From positions 7,824,962-7,888,961 of the forward strand of contig NC_134034.1 of NCBI RefSeq assembly GCF_964204645.1: a stretch of DNA of 64,000 nucleotides, in the 5' to 3' direction. The notes below the pieces were generated by a model. It had not been told where the DNA came from, made no database searches, and was given only the letters and a program-made list of their open reading frames with translations. A program made the translations under genes and the position numbers. Source of the stretch: Tubulanus polymorphus (lineage: Eukaryota; Animalia; Nemertea). Every line of letters begins with the position of its first letter. Position 1 is the stretch's first letter. Positions 1 through 11,259 of this stretch are shown in pieces.

Positions 1-1125
1 TAGACTGTTAAAATGATAAATTGTTAGACTGTTAAAATGATAAATTGTTTGACTGTTGAAATGTTAAATTGTTTGACTGTTAAAATTATAAATTGTAAGA
101 CTGTTAAAATGTTAAATTGTTAGACTGTTAAAATGATAAATTGATTGACTGTTGAAATGTTAAATTGTGAGACTGTTGAAAAGTTAAATTGTTAGACTGT
201 TAAAATGATAAATTGTTAGACTGTTAAAATGATAAATTGTTTGACTGTTGAAATGTTAAATTGTTAGACTGTTAAAATGTTAAATTGTTAGACTGTTAAA
301 CTGTTAAATTTTTAGACTGTTAAAATGTTAAATTGTTAGACTGTTGAAATGTTAAATTGTAAGACTGTTAAAATGATAAATTGTTAGACTTTTAAACTGT
401 TAGACTGTTAAACTGTCAAATTGTTAGACTGTTAAAATGATAAATTGTTAAACTGTTAAAATGATAAATTGTTACACTGTCAAATGATAAATTGTTAGAC
501 TGTTAAATTGTTAGACTGTTAAAATGATAAATTGTTAGACTGTTAAACTGTTAAATTGTAAGACTGTTAAAATGATAAATTGTTAGACTTTTAAACTGTT
601 AGACTGTTAAACTGTCAAATTGTTAGACTGTTAAAATGATAAATTGTTAAACTGTTAAAATGATAAATTGTTACACTGTCAAAATGATAAATTGTTAGAC
701 TGTTAAATTGTTAGACTGTTAAAATGATAAATTGTTACACTGTCAAAATGATAAATTGTTAGACTGTTAAATTGTTTGACTGTTAAAATGTTAAATTGTT
801 AGACTGTTAAAATGATAAATTGTTAGATTGTTAGACTGTGAAAATGATAAATTGTTGGACTGTTAAACTGTTAAATTGTTAGACTGTTAAAATGTTAAAT
901 TGTTAGACTGTTAAAATGTTAAATTGTTAGACTGTTAAAATGATAAATTGTTAGATTGTCAAAATGATAAATTGTTAGACAGTTAAAATTGTAAATTGTT
1001 AGACTGTTAAAATGTTAAATTGTTAGACTGTTGAAATGATAAATTGTTAAGACTGTTAAAATGTTAAATTGCTAGACTGTTGAAATGTTAAATTGTTAGA
1101 CTGTTGAAATGTTAAATTGTTTGGC
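1..1125. repeat. 24-bp tandem repeat array (unit ~TTAGACTGTTAAAATGATAAATTG), runs off the window start
   Basis: Directly visible tandem units with occasional shortened variants; same family as the arrays at 59787-60262 and 62282-62757. Confidence 0.95.
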
Positions 1126-1247
1126 TGTAAATTCAATTGTTATTTGATATAATCATTTAAAAGTTTGATGTTTTTCAAATGATTATAGCATATTAAATTA
1201 AAAACTAGCTAATATTCATAATTTTTTTAATTTTTTCCGTAAATAAA

Positions 1248-1362
1248 TGGATGGTTTCATTCCAACTGGAAAAAGTGATATAAAACATTATTTACTTGCT
1301 GGAGGTTTAATATTGGCTGCGCTATACTTTTATTATGAAAGTATCAGTAAGGATTTGATAAT
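1248..1362 (+). pseudogene. Truncated homolog of the satellite 72-aa membrane protein (MDGFIPTGKSDIKHYLLAGGLILAALYFYYES)
   Basis: Near-identical N-terminus to ORF 60281-60499; broken at a junction with the inverted neighbour. Confidence 0.8.
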
Positions 1363-1608
1363 ATTTTTTTATGTTTTCATCTAAATTACCTTTTCAATTT
1401 AAAACTTTAAATTATCTAAAGTATCGATAAGTTCAGTAATGAAATATGTTTCATTTAATAATATTTGATTAATTACAGTATTATTATCAATTTTATATTG
1501 TCTTGCATACACTAAATTTTTTGCTGAGATATAATTCTTAATGTTAAATAGTGAATAAAATTCATTAAATTCTTTTATTTCAATTTTCAATTCAATTTCT
1601 TCTTTCAT
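1362..1608 (-). pseudogene. Truncated homolog of the satellite 216-aa zinc-finger protein
   Basis: IKNYISAKNLVYARQYKIDN..NETYFITELIDT aligns with IKNYISATNLVSARYYKIDN..NETYLITELVDT of 59086-59736. Confidence 0.8.
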
Positions 1609-2141
1609 TTATACAGCCAAATTTTTAATAAAATGTATTTTCTAGGTTATTTATATCTTAAAATCGAAATTATTTTACTCACACTTTACTCACACTTTTA
1701 ATATTGAAAATCTAAATTATTTTACTCACACTTTACTCACACTTTTAATATTGAAAATATTGTTATTTCTACTCCTTCTGATAATATAATATTTGATAAA
1801 TATTCATATCTTACAACTGGATTTGTAGTTGTATTCATTTTGATTGGGTGTAGTTGGTATAAAAAATCAAATAAAATTTTTGATATTAATAATTCTGAAA
1901 CTACTGCTATTAAAAATGAAAATACTTCTGAAATTCCAAAATTCACAATAAGAAAAATGGATTAATATTTTAGAAAAAAAGCAAAATAAATAATTTTTTT
2001 TTAATTAATTGAATATCTCACTACTTTTGTCTATCATACACGGAGCAATTGAATTGTCCAGATAAGTCATTTCGGATTCTTGATATTCATTTTTTTATTT
2101 TTTTTTATTATTTTATTTCTTATTTTTTTAATCAACAACTT

Positions 2142-2449
2142 CTAAATCATGTCGTCTTCATTTTTCCCATGGTAAATTATTTTAAATCCCTCTAAATCTT
2201 TTAATTCCTCTGTACTCAATGCAACCCATTTATCGGGTAAAAATACTTTAAATTCTCGCGTTATACTAACATTACAGTAACTTAAATTTGCTGAAATTTT
2301 ATCTCCATATTTAGTTTTTATCTTTTCTAATTTCAATATTTTGTGTTCAATTTCTTTTGTAACATCGACTAACTTTTTTATTTCAAATTGTTTTTTGTTG
2401 GTTTTATTCTGTTATTTATTGTTGCTAAGAATGCTTTTTTATCTCCCAT
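2142..2449 (-). pseudogene. Diverged homolog of Maverick ORF2 (small basic protein)
   Basis: TKYGDKI..FKVFLPDKW..LSTEELKDL..YHGKNE matches NKYGDKL..FRTYLPDRF..LSSEDLEEL..YKGKNE. Confidence 0.7.
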
Positions 2450-2539
2450 TTATTATGGGGAAAAATTACTTGTGGTGATGAGTGGTGTGTCGTACTCTCG
2501 TACTCTGGTATGAAACCCACATTTTCCAATTACTCATGT

Positions 2540-2966
2540 AAACAAGGCAACGCATTATTTACGATTCTCCTTCGTAAAAAGTGGACCACGAAGATGATCG
2601 AGATTCAACTAGATTTTTTTGGCTCAGTGATCCAACTGATCCGGAGAGTAAATTTGATACCTACAGATTTAAGCGCGTTCTGTTCGGAGCAACATGTTCT
2701 CCGTTCATGTTAAATTGTACGTTGATCTACCATTTAAAACACTTTGGTGGAGAATTATCAGACTATTTTCTACGCGATATATATGTTGACAATGTCAGTA
2801 CTAGTATGCAATCTTCTACTGAGAGGCTAGATCATTGAAAAGCACGGCTAATTTCAATTTTCGTAGCTGGTCTTCTAACTCTTCAGAATTGTGTCAGCTA
2901 GCTAGTTAAGAACGTGTTTTGGAAGGTTCTAGAATAATAAAGAATTTAGGTCTCATGTGGCATTTG
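2540..2966 (+). mobile_element. BEL/Pao LTR-retrotransposon reverse transcriptase fragment
   Basis: DRDSTRFFW..YRFKRVLFGATCSPFML..IYVDNV motif set typical of Pao RT; interrupted by the Maverick A terminus at 2967. Confidence 0.85.
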
Positions 2967-3336
2967 AGTAATAGGGGTAATAGGCTTTCAAGCCAAAGGT
3001 CGAACGGTCGAGCTCATTAAAAAACAAAATATTAAAAGTAATTTAAAACTATAATATATTTTCATAGCCGTGTGCATTTCATATTATAACTAAATATTTA
3101 TTCTAAGATATTAATAATTTTAATTTTAAAAGCATATTGCTCCGCGACCAATTGATTTATTACAATACACAAATTCATATAATCAAATATATTTTAATAA
3201 TTATAATTATTCTATTATTCAACTGAAATGCACACGGCTATGAAAATATATTATAGTTTTAAATTACTTTTAATATTTGTTTTTAATGAACTCGACCATT
3301 CAACCTTTAGCTTGAAAGCCTATTACCCCTATTACT
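2967..3336. repeat. Terminal inverted repeat/hairpin of copy A (arms ~2967-3080 and ~3222-3336)
   Basis: AGTAATAGGGGTAATAGGCTTTC...GTGTGCATTTCA is reverse-complementary to TGAAATGCACAC...GCCTATTACCCCTATTACT. Confidence 0.9.
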
Positions 3337-3569
3337 CTTAAAATAATCATATACATGAATAACATTTAAATTGACAGATTATTCAATATAAAAGTGTAAG
3401 CTCTTATAGAATAGATATATAGATATATTTACAACATTATTTCAATATTCATATTTGTATGAGTTAGACTTTTAAACATTAAAAGTGTTAGTAAAGTGTG
3501 ATTGAAATAATACATGATATAAATCATTGAACTTCTAAAATCAATTTTTAAAAAAAATTTAGTATTAAA

Positions 3570-6500
3570 ATGGAAGCAAATAAGTACTACTGTTCAACAT
3601 GTAATATCAATATAGATAAATCCCAAAAAGCAAGACACAATAAAACTAAAACACATTTAGAGAATAAATTGAAACTAGAATATAAAGATGATATATTAGA
3701 AACTAAATTAGAAGAATTAAAGAATGAAAAAGAAACATACAAATGTGATACATGTAATCAATCATTCAGTGATAAAAGATATTATAATGAACATTTAAAA
3801 TCTAAAAGTCATATTAGAAATATGAATAATGATATTTTAGGTGAAGATTATTTTGATAAAGATAATGATAAGAAACAGAAGACAATTAAAAACATTAAAA
3901 AAAATTAAACAATAAAAGACCATACATGGAAGATGTAAGAAAATATATTAATTCATTAGATAATAAAAAAGATATAGAGATAACCGAAGCATTTAAAAGT
4001 GATATTGGCCCAGCAGCTATCGAGTTTAAATTTCATAAAGGTAAAACATTAGAAGAAAATAAAAAACATTTAGAAAATATGAAAGAAATACAATAATAAT
4101 AGATGTTGAATACCCTAAAATTAGTATATCAGTTAAAGTAAAGTTTATAAAATCTGAAGATTAACCAATATATAATATTAATTCTCATTCACAACATATT
4201 ATATATTAACAACATATAGATGATAAATTAGATAAATGTTATAATGAAGTAAAAACTAAAATAGAAGAGAAATATTTTGAAGGATCTGGTTTAATATTTG
4301 ATGAAATAATATTTATGACTTTACATGTTTATAACACAAAATATTATAAGTTAACTAAATCAAAACCAATTGATGAAAATAATGTATCATATTATAAAGA
4401 ACCAGATATTGAAGCATCACGTTATGTTAAACTACCATTTAAAACTAATGCTGTTATAAATGTACAAAATGAAGATGATAAATGTTTTGCTGTTAGAAAT
4501 GTACAAAATGAAGATGATAACTGTTTTCTATGGGCTATAATTAGTTGCTTACACCAAGTTGAAGATTATAAACAACATAGTTTTAGATTAACTCATTATA
4601 AACCATTTGAAAATAATTATAAGATAGATAAGTATCCTGTTATAATTAAAAACATCCCAAAAATAGAAAGAGATAATAATATAAAGATAAATGTATTTGA
4701 TTTAATCAAATTACCAAATACAAAAGGTAACAATATAAAACATTATACATTAGAACCTTTATATCTATCAAAAGATTATGATTCAAATGATGTTATAGAT
4801 ATATTATATTATGAGAATCATTGTATGTGGATTAAACAAATAGATTTATTCTTTAGAACAGAAAGTGATCACCATAATAAAATATATCTATGTAGAAAAT
4901 GTTTACATAAATTCAGTAATGAAAGTACACTATTAAATCATAAACAATTATGTGAAAATCATGATTATTGTAAATTAGTTTTACCAAATGAAAAGGATAA
5001 AATATTAGAATTCCAAAAATATGATTACAAAAATAAAGTTCCATTTGTTATATATAGAGATTTTGAATCATTAAATAAGGAACTAACTGATCAAGATAGA
5101 AAAGAAATATATTATAAAAGAAAGAAATTAAATTCTAATGAAAATAATTTTTCAGATGAACCACCAAAAACAAATACAATTAAAAAGATTCATCAATCAG
5201 CTGCAGCTTTCGGGTTATATATTAAATCTGATTATCCAGAACTAATTGAAAGTGAATATTATCATTATAGAATGAAAATGTTATCAATCATTTTTGTGAC
5301 TTATTAATTGAATATGAAATAAAATTTAATGAAAAGTTAAATAAAAATATAGAAATTATAATGACAGAAGAAGATAAAGAAGCATTTGAGTTTGCAGATA
5401 AATGTTATTATTGTGAAAAGATATTTAATTATAAAGATAAAAAAGTAAGAGACCATAATCATTTGAATGGAAAGTTTAGAGGCGCTGCGCATGAAAATTG
5501 TAACTTACAAGCTAAGAAAATTAACTTTGTACCAGTTATATTTCATAATCTATCAGGATATGATGCACATTTATTCATCAAACAGTTATGTTATAAAATA
5601 GAAGGAATTAATAATGAAATAGAAAGATTAAATTCAAATAGATCAAAAGATAAAATACCAACTTATAAATTTAAAATGTTAGCTAAAACATCTGAGAATT
5701 ATATATCATTCCAATTTGGGTGCCTAAGATTTATAAACTCATATAGATTTTTAGGTAGTTCATTAGATAACTTATGAAAATCATTAGTTGATGATGAATT
5801 GAAAATATTAAAACAACACTATCCAAATAATGATGATTTTCAATTAATGAGATATAAAGGCGCAATTCCATATTCTTTCTATAAAAATCATAATGATTTC
5901 AATATAACTGAATTATTGAAAGAACAATTCTATGATGAATTAAAAAATGAATATGTTAAAGATGAAGTATATAATAGAACATTGAATATTTGGAATCATT
6001 TTGGAATGAAAAATCATGGACAATTAGTAGATTCATATCTAAAATCAGATGTATTATTATTAACCGATATATTCGATTTGATTCTTGTCATTGTTATTCA
6101 TTGATCCTTGTCATTGTTATTCAAGTCCAGGATTAACATGGGATTGTGGATTAAAATTTACAGATATAAAAATGGATTTGTTAACAAATATAGATCAATT
6201 ACTATTATTTGAAAAATCTATAAGAGGAGGAGTTTCAGGTGTATTAGGCGATAGATATTTCAATGTAAATGATAACCCTGGATATAAGTTATTATATAAA
6301 GATGCAAATAATTTGTATGGTTGGGCAATGATGGAACCACAACCTTATGGAGTATTTGAAATTAGTGAAGTTTTACAACATGAAAATAATGATACATTTG
6401 ATTGGAAGAAAATGATTCTAGATATTGCAGATGATTCAGATACTGGTTACTTCTTTGTTGTAGATTTAGAATATCCTGAACATATTAAATTTAAATCTAG

Positions 6501-7636
6501 AAATCTAGCATACTGTCCAGAACATAAAACTGTAACTCATGAAGAATTATCAAATTACCAAAAAAGAATTAAACCCGAAAATCATATTCATACAGAAAAG
6601 TTAATGGTAACTCAAGAAGATAAATATAATTATGTAGTACATTATAGAATGTTAAAGTTTTATCTAAAACAAGGAATGATCCTAAAAAAAAGTACATAGA
6701 TATATTTCATTTAGTCAATCTAAGTGGTTAGAAAAATATATAGATTTTAACACCAAACAGAGAACTGAAGCTAAAACTGATTTCGAGAAAGATTTCTTCA
6801 AGTTAATGAATAATGCATTCTATGGTAAGACTTGTGAAAATATTAGAAATAGAAATGATATTGAGTTAGTAAGTAATGGCAAAAGGATAAGGCATTTACA
6901 AACATATCCTAAATTTATAGGTAACAAAATATTTGATGAAAATTTAGCTGCAGTTAAAATGAGAAGAACATCAATGAAATTTAATAAACCAATCTATGTT
7001 GGCGCTTCAGTTTTAGAATTATCAAAATTACTAATGTATGAATTCTATTATAATGTATTACAACCACTTTTTGGAGAAAAACATATAGAAATCTTATATT
7101 TTGATACTGACAGTTACATATTAAAGATAAAAACTAATAACATGACAGATGATTTAAAAACATTAAAACATCATTTTGATTTCAGTAACTATCCTAAAAA
7201 TCATGAATTGTTTAGCAATGATAATAAAAAAGTTCCTGGTAAATTCAAAGATGAATTAGGTGGTGAAAAAATGATTGAATTCATCGGTATAAGATCTAAA
7301 ATGTATTCATATAAAACTAAAGAACATGAAGCTAAAAAGTTAAAAGGAATAACAAAAAGCGTTGTTGAAAAAAATATTCATTTCAAAGATTACATCAATT
7401 GTATATTCAATGAAGAAGTAAGAAAACATTAGATGAAATGTATATGATCTGAAGATCATGAAATGTTTATTGAAGAAATTGAAAAGATAAGTCTAAACCC
7501 ATTTGATGATAAAAGATATATTTTAGATGATGGAATTCATACAGTTGCTTATGGTTGTAATTTAGATGAATACTTAAAATTTAAAAGAGAAGAAACAAAA
7601 GAGAAGGAAATAATGAATAGGATTATAACGTGTTAA
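3570..7636 (+). pseudogene. pPolB: Protein-primed DNA polymerase B, copy A, intein-free allele (frameshifted)
   Basis: N-terminal C2H2 fingers, EndoVII-like RDHxHxxGxxRGxAHxxCN, FHNLSGYD exonuclease, DANNLYG, KLMNNAFYGK, YFDTDS motifs across ORFs 3570-7432. Confidence 0.95.
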
Positions 7637-7666
7637 TCAAATTTTAATAAAAAATATGTTATTAAA

Positions 7667-8020
7667 ATGGAGAGTAAACAAACACACAGTGAGAACAACA
7701 AATTATTTCTAGATAGAATAAAAGATACTTCAAATATCAAATCAGTAGATTATAAATTTAAGAAGTTAAAAGAATTAATAATCCATAAGAAATATCTAAT
7801 TACAAATATTGATAGAGTTACTAACAAATATGGAGATAAATTAGTTATACACTTAGAATATGAAGGATTAAAAGGAAATACATATAAATTCAGAACATAT
7901 TAACCAGATAGATTTCATAGATTATCAAGTGAAGATCTAGAAGAATTATGTTCTGGTGATTTCTATTTCGTATACAAAGGTAAGAATGAAAAGGGGCACC
8001 ATAAAATAGATTTCGAATAA
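7667..8020 (+). pseudogene. Maverick ORF2, 117-aa basic protein of unknown function (internal stop)
   Basis: Collinear with intact copy 16289-16642. Confidence 0.8.
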
Positions 8021-8034
8021 AATATGTAAAATAA

Positions 8035-8790
8035 ATGGTAGAATTAAAAGAATACAGAATATTTGTTGATTTTAGAAAACTTACAAATTATAAATCTCAT
8101 AATTTACTAGTTCAATTAGAAAGGGAATATAAAAATTGTGTAGATTTAAAATTAGTAAATATAAGTTTATGTAATTCTTTTTACAATATATCGAATAAAA
8201 CTATTGAAGATAATACTTTTTTTAATTCATATTAGAAATGTAAATAAATGGTTTAATCTAATTTTAAAACCAGGATTATATAATTTAGAACCATTAGCTC
8301 AAGAAATTAATAGAAGAGCACGGTTGAAAATTAGAAGAGATGATAAATTTTTAATTAGATTTATAAAAAGTGATAGCACAAACAAAATTAAAATAAAGTT
8401 ATATGATGAAAGTCAACATGCATTTATGGTAAAAAAACCTATAGCTAAACTGTTAGGAATTGTACCAGATACTGTTACAGGAAACGTAGATGGCAATTCA
8501 TATTTAATGACTTTTACGCACTTTTATATTTATTGCAATTTAATTGATCCTACAAAAACATTTGAAGCAACTAAAGATACAATTTGTAACTCTGGTATAT
8601 TAAATATTTTACCATTAAAAATGTTAAACAATTTGGAACGCAAATAAATTATAATTTAGCTGAATGTGATTTTAAACCTTGTATTCCTCAATTTAATAAT
8701 TTTAAATTAGAAATAAGAAATCACAATGGATATTTAATTGATTTAAATAACTTTCCTGTGATATATGAATTAGTTATAAGATGTAGAGAG
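8035..8790 (+). pseudogene. Minor capsid (penton) protein, copy A
   Basis: NSFYNIS..GLYNL..FYIYCNLI..LEIRNHNGYLIDLN pattern and ~250-aa size typical of Polinton single-jelly-roll mCP; frameshifts. Confidence 0.7.
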
Positions 8791-8801
8791 TCATTATATA
8801 A

Positions 8802-9062
8802 ATGAATATAACTGTTGGACCGAGTATATGTTTTGGGTTTGATTTTAAACGTGAGAAAGAAATGAAATTTAACATTAATGATGTAATTACACATATTAAA
8901 AATATTGCATTTTCTAATGAAACAACATTTGAGTATAAAACAACAATAGATAAAGAAACTTTAAATGTAGAAAAGATTACTAATTTAATTAGAGAATCTT
9001 TAAGATTTTATGAATTAGATGAAGATTTTATCATAGATGATATTAAAAAAAATAATAATTGA
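8802..9062 (+). CDS. Small conserved Maverick protein, unknown function (reading frame probably extended before a frameshift)
   Basis: Homologs at 17441 and 43145; TAAATG start. Confidence 0.6.
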   Translation: MNITVGPSICFGFDFKREKEMKFNINDVITHIKNIAFSNETTFEYKTTIDKETLNVEKITNLIRESLRFYELDEDFIIDDIKKNNN

Positions 9063-9159
9063 AATATATACAAATGAAACTAGTAATGAAATAAATGTTG
9101 AATTAATCATCACTAAGATAACTAAATATTTTGAAGATAGTAATTTTTTTGATAAATAA

Positions 9160-9381
9160 ATGAGTGATAATAAGTGGATAATAACTGGATTATATAATGG
9201 AGCATTACTATCAGTTGGAACTGTTGGTTATTCAATGGTATTAAAAAAATTATTCAAAATGGGAAGTGTTAATGTTGATAGATTTGATATCAATGATATC
9301 TTAAAATTAACATTAGCAGTTACTTTATCTAATTTAACTATTAATTATTTGGAAAAACAAAAATATATTCCTCCCATATAA
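9160..9381 (+). CDS. 73-aa predicted membrane protein
   Basis: Two hydrophobic segments; frameshifted homologs at ~17783 and ~43503. Confidence 0.7.
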   Translation: MSDNKWIITGLYNGALLSVGTVGYSMVLKKLFKMGSVNVDRFDINDILKLTLAVTLSNLTINYLEKQKYIPPI

Positions 9382-9405
9382 ATGCGTAATTATCTTACTA
9401 AATAA

Positions 9406-9828
9406 ATGGCTTCTGCAGTTATAACTATTATAGGATCGGCAATTGTTAACGCTCTAGCATTTACTGGTGGTGGTTATTTATTTAAGCATATTGATAAAAA
9501 TGGATCATTAACAGAACAAAAAAGGCATAACTTAGCATTAGAAAAATACAATAAAGCAGCAGAAGAATAAAGAGAAAAGAGGCAAAACTATATGGATTAT
9601 ATTGACAAAGAATTATATGATCAGAAGATTTCACATAGAGATTTTCAATCAGTTGATGATGCAATGACTTTATATAACGCGGTAACCAATAAAGAAAAAT
9701 TACATCTATACAAACCTAAATTATCAGATTATTATACCCCAAGTAAAGAACAACAGAAATATGAAATAATATGGATTTTAGGTGGAACTGTTATTGTTAT
9801 ATTTGTAGCATATAGATTTACTAATTAG
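9406..9828 (+). pseudogene. ~140-aa protein with N-terminal hydrophobic helix, coiled coil and C-terminal TM (MASAVITI..NALAFTGGGYLF)
   Basis: Homologous to 43745-44160 and 18018-18433; one premature stop. Confidence 0.7.
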
Positions 9829-9847
9829 TAATTTTTTTTCTAAATAA

Positions 9848-10280
9848 ATGGAAGATAAAGTTGATAATATTGATATTATTCCTCATGATATAAATAAAAC
9901 TAAATTAAAATATATTAAGAAAAACAATATTAGAATTTGAAAATGATTTAAAAGTTAAAAAGAAAAGATATTTAAAAAGTAAAATTATATATTATTTGAT
10001 TATAAGTGGTTCGGTTACAATTAGTTCTGTAATAACATTTCTAGCAATATTTTCACCATTAACACCTTTAGCTATATCAATTGGTGTATTAGGATTAAGT
10101 TCAAGTGTTTTAACTGGTATAAGTTCAAAATTAGATATAAAAAGTAAAAAAGAAAAAACTAAAACTAATATAAAAGAAATTAATCAATTAAGAAATACAC
10201 TAGATTATATAATAAGTTTAAATGGCCATATAACAGTTGAAGAACCAGATAAATTATTAAAAGAATTAGTTAATTATTAA
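9848..10280 (+). pseudogene. ~143-aa protein with hydrophobic hairpin flanked by coiled coils
   Basis: Homologs at 18453 and 44181; frameshift near 9915. Confidence 0.7.
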
Positions 10281-10296
10281 TTTTTTAATCATATAA

Positions 10297-11255
10297 ATGG
10301 CAGATAGTTTTCCAAAAGCTTTCCAATATAATAAATCAATCAAATATAATATTCCAGCAATAGATTTTAATAAAGATATTTCATATAGAAATGAAGTTTT
10401 AAATTCATTAATTGATTTATATATTTATGTTACTGAAAGTAATAATTTTCATGTAAAGATGGAAAATATATTTCATGTGTATACAATTAATTTCAAAAAT
10501 TTAAATGAGGCAAAACAATGGTTATTAAAATCTAATATGAAGTATTGGCAGAACCAATTAAATTTTGCTGTTTATTGCGCAACAACAGGATGTGGAATTA
10601 GTTGGAATGATCATTTAAACAAACCAAGTTTACCATTGATGTTATCACTTTTTAGATTTCATACATATTTTCAAATAAAATTAATATTAGATGAATTAGA
10701 ATGTCCTTTACCAGGTTCAAAATATTTTAAAGAATTGAATAATAATATTGATTTTTCTAAGTTTTATAAAATATGTAATAAATTTAATATTAATTCAAAT
10801 AAAGATTTTAGATCAAAAATTGGAACAATGGGTGGATTAGGAATATTATATACTAAAGAATTTAGAAAAATAATGACAAATTCAGATATAAGAACACTAA
10901 ATTGGAATGAATTATCAAAATATTATAATAATATACAACAACAAAACAATAATGGTTGGGTTAATTTCATTTTAGAAAATAGTGAAGGTTTTACTAAAGC
11001 TGGAATACAAAGAATAAATCAATCTATTAGAACTTATTTGATATGTATTCTAGGTGCACAAGTTGAAACAGATCCCCAATAATTGGAAATGATAACACTT
11101 CATTCGATGCGCAGAAACAATTCAAAGTATTATTTGAAGATTCCATTCATAATGATAAAAATAGATCGATTCCGGAAAACATTGTAAGATATCAAAATTA
11201 TTTAGATAAATCACATATTAGATTAAATTATTGTATAGGCCCTAATCTATTAATC
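10297..11255 (+). pseudogene. Conserved ~400-450-aa Maverick protein (WQNQLNFAVYCATTGCG motif), truncated at the A/B junction
   Basis: Homologs in B (~18884-20270), C (44630-45850) and D (35578-36750). Confidence 0.75.
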
Positions 11256-11259
11256 ATAA

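Larger units (their letters stand above)
1..2460. mobile_element. Diverged, rearranged relative of the palindromic Maverick-satellite element at 58764-63780 (partial)
   Basis: Shares the 24-bp array, the MDGFIPTGKSD ORF (1248), a homolog of the 216-aa ORF (1399-1608, minus) and the GTGTGAGTAAA repeats; also has a Maverick ORF2 homolog. Confidence 0.75.
2967..11257 (+). mobile_element. Maverick/Polinton copy A (left half only)
   Basis: Starts with the AGTAATAGGGG terminus; pPolB, ORF2, minor capsid and small genes collinear with copy C; truncated at ~11257. Confidence 0.92.

Noticed and set aside
1-1125. Possible CRISPR array
   Set aside because: Contiguous tandem units without unique spacers and no cas genes
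3570-7636. Programmed frameshifting or an alternative genetic code explaining split pPolB ORFs
   Set aside because: Breaks fall at different positions in each copy and include indels in A-runs; this fits decay (or some sequencing error) rather than recoding
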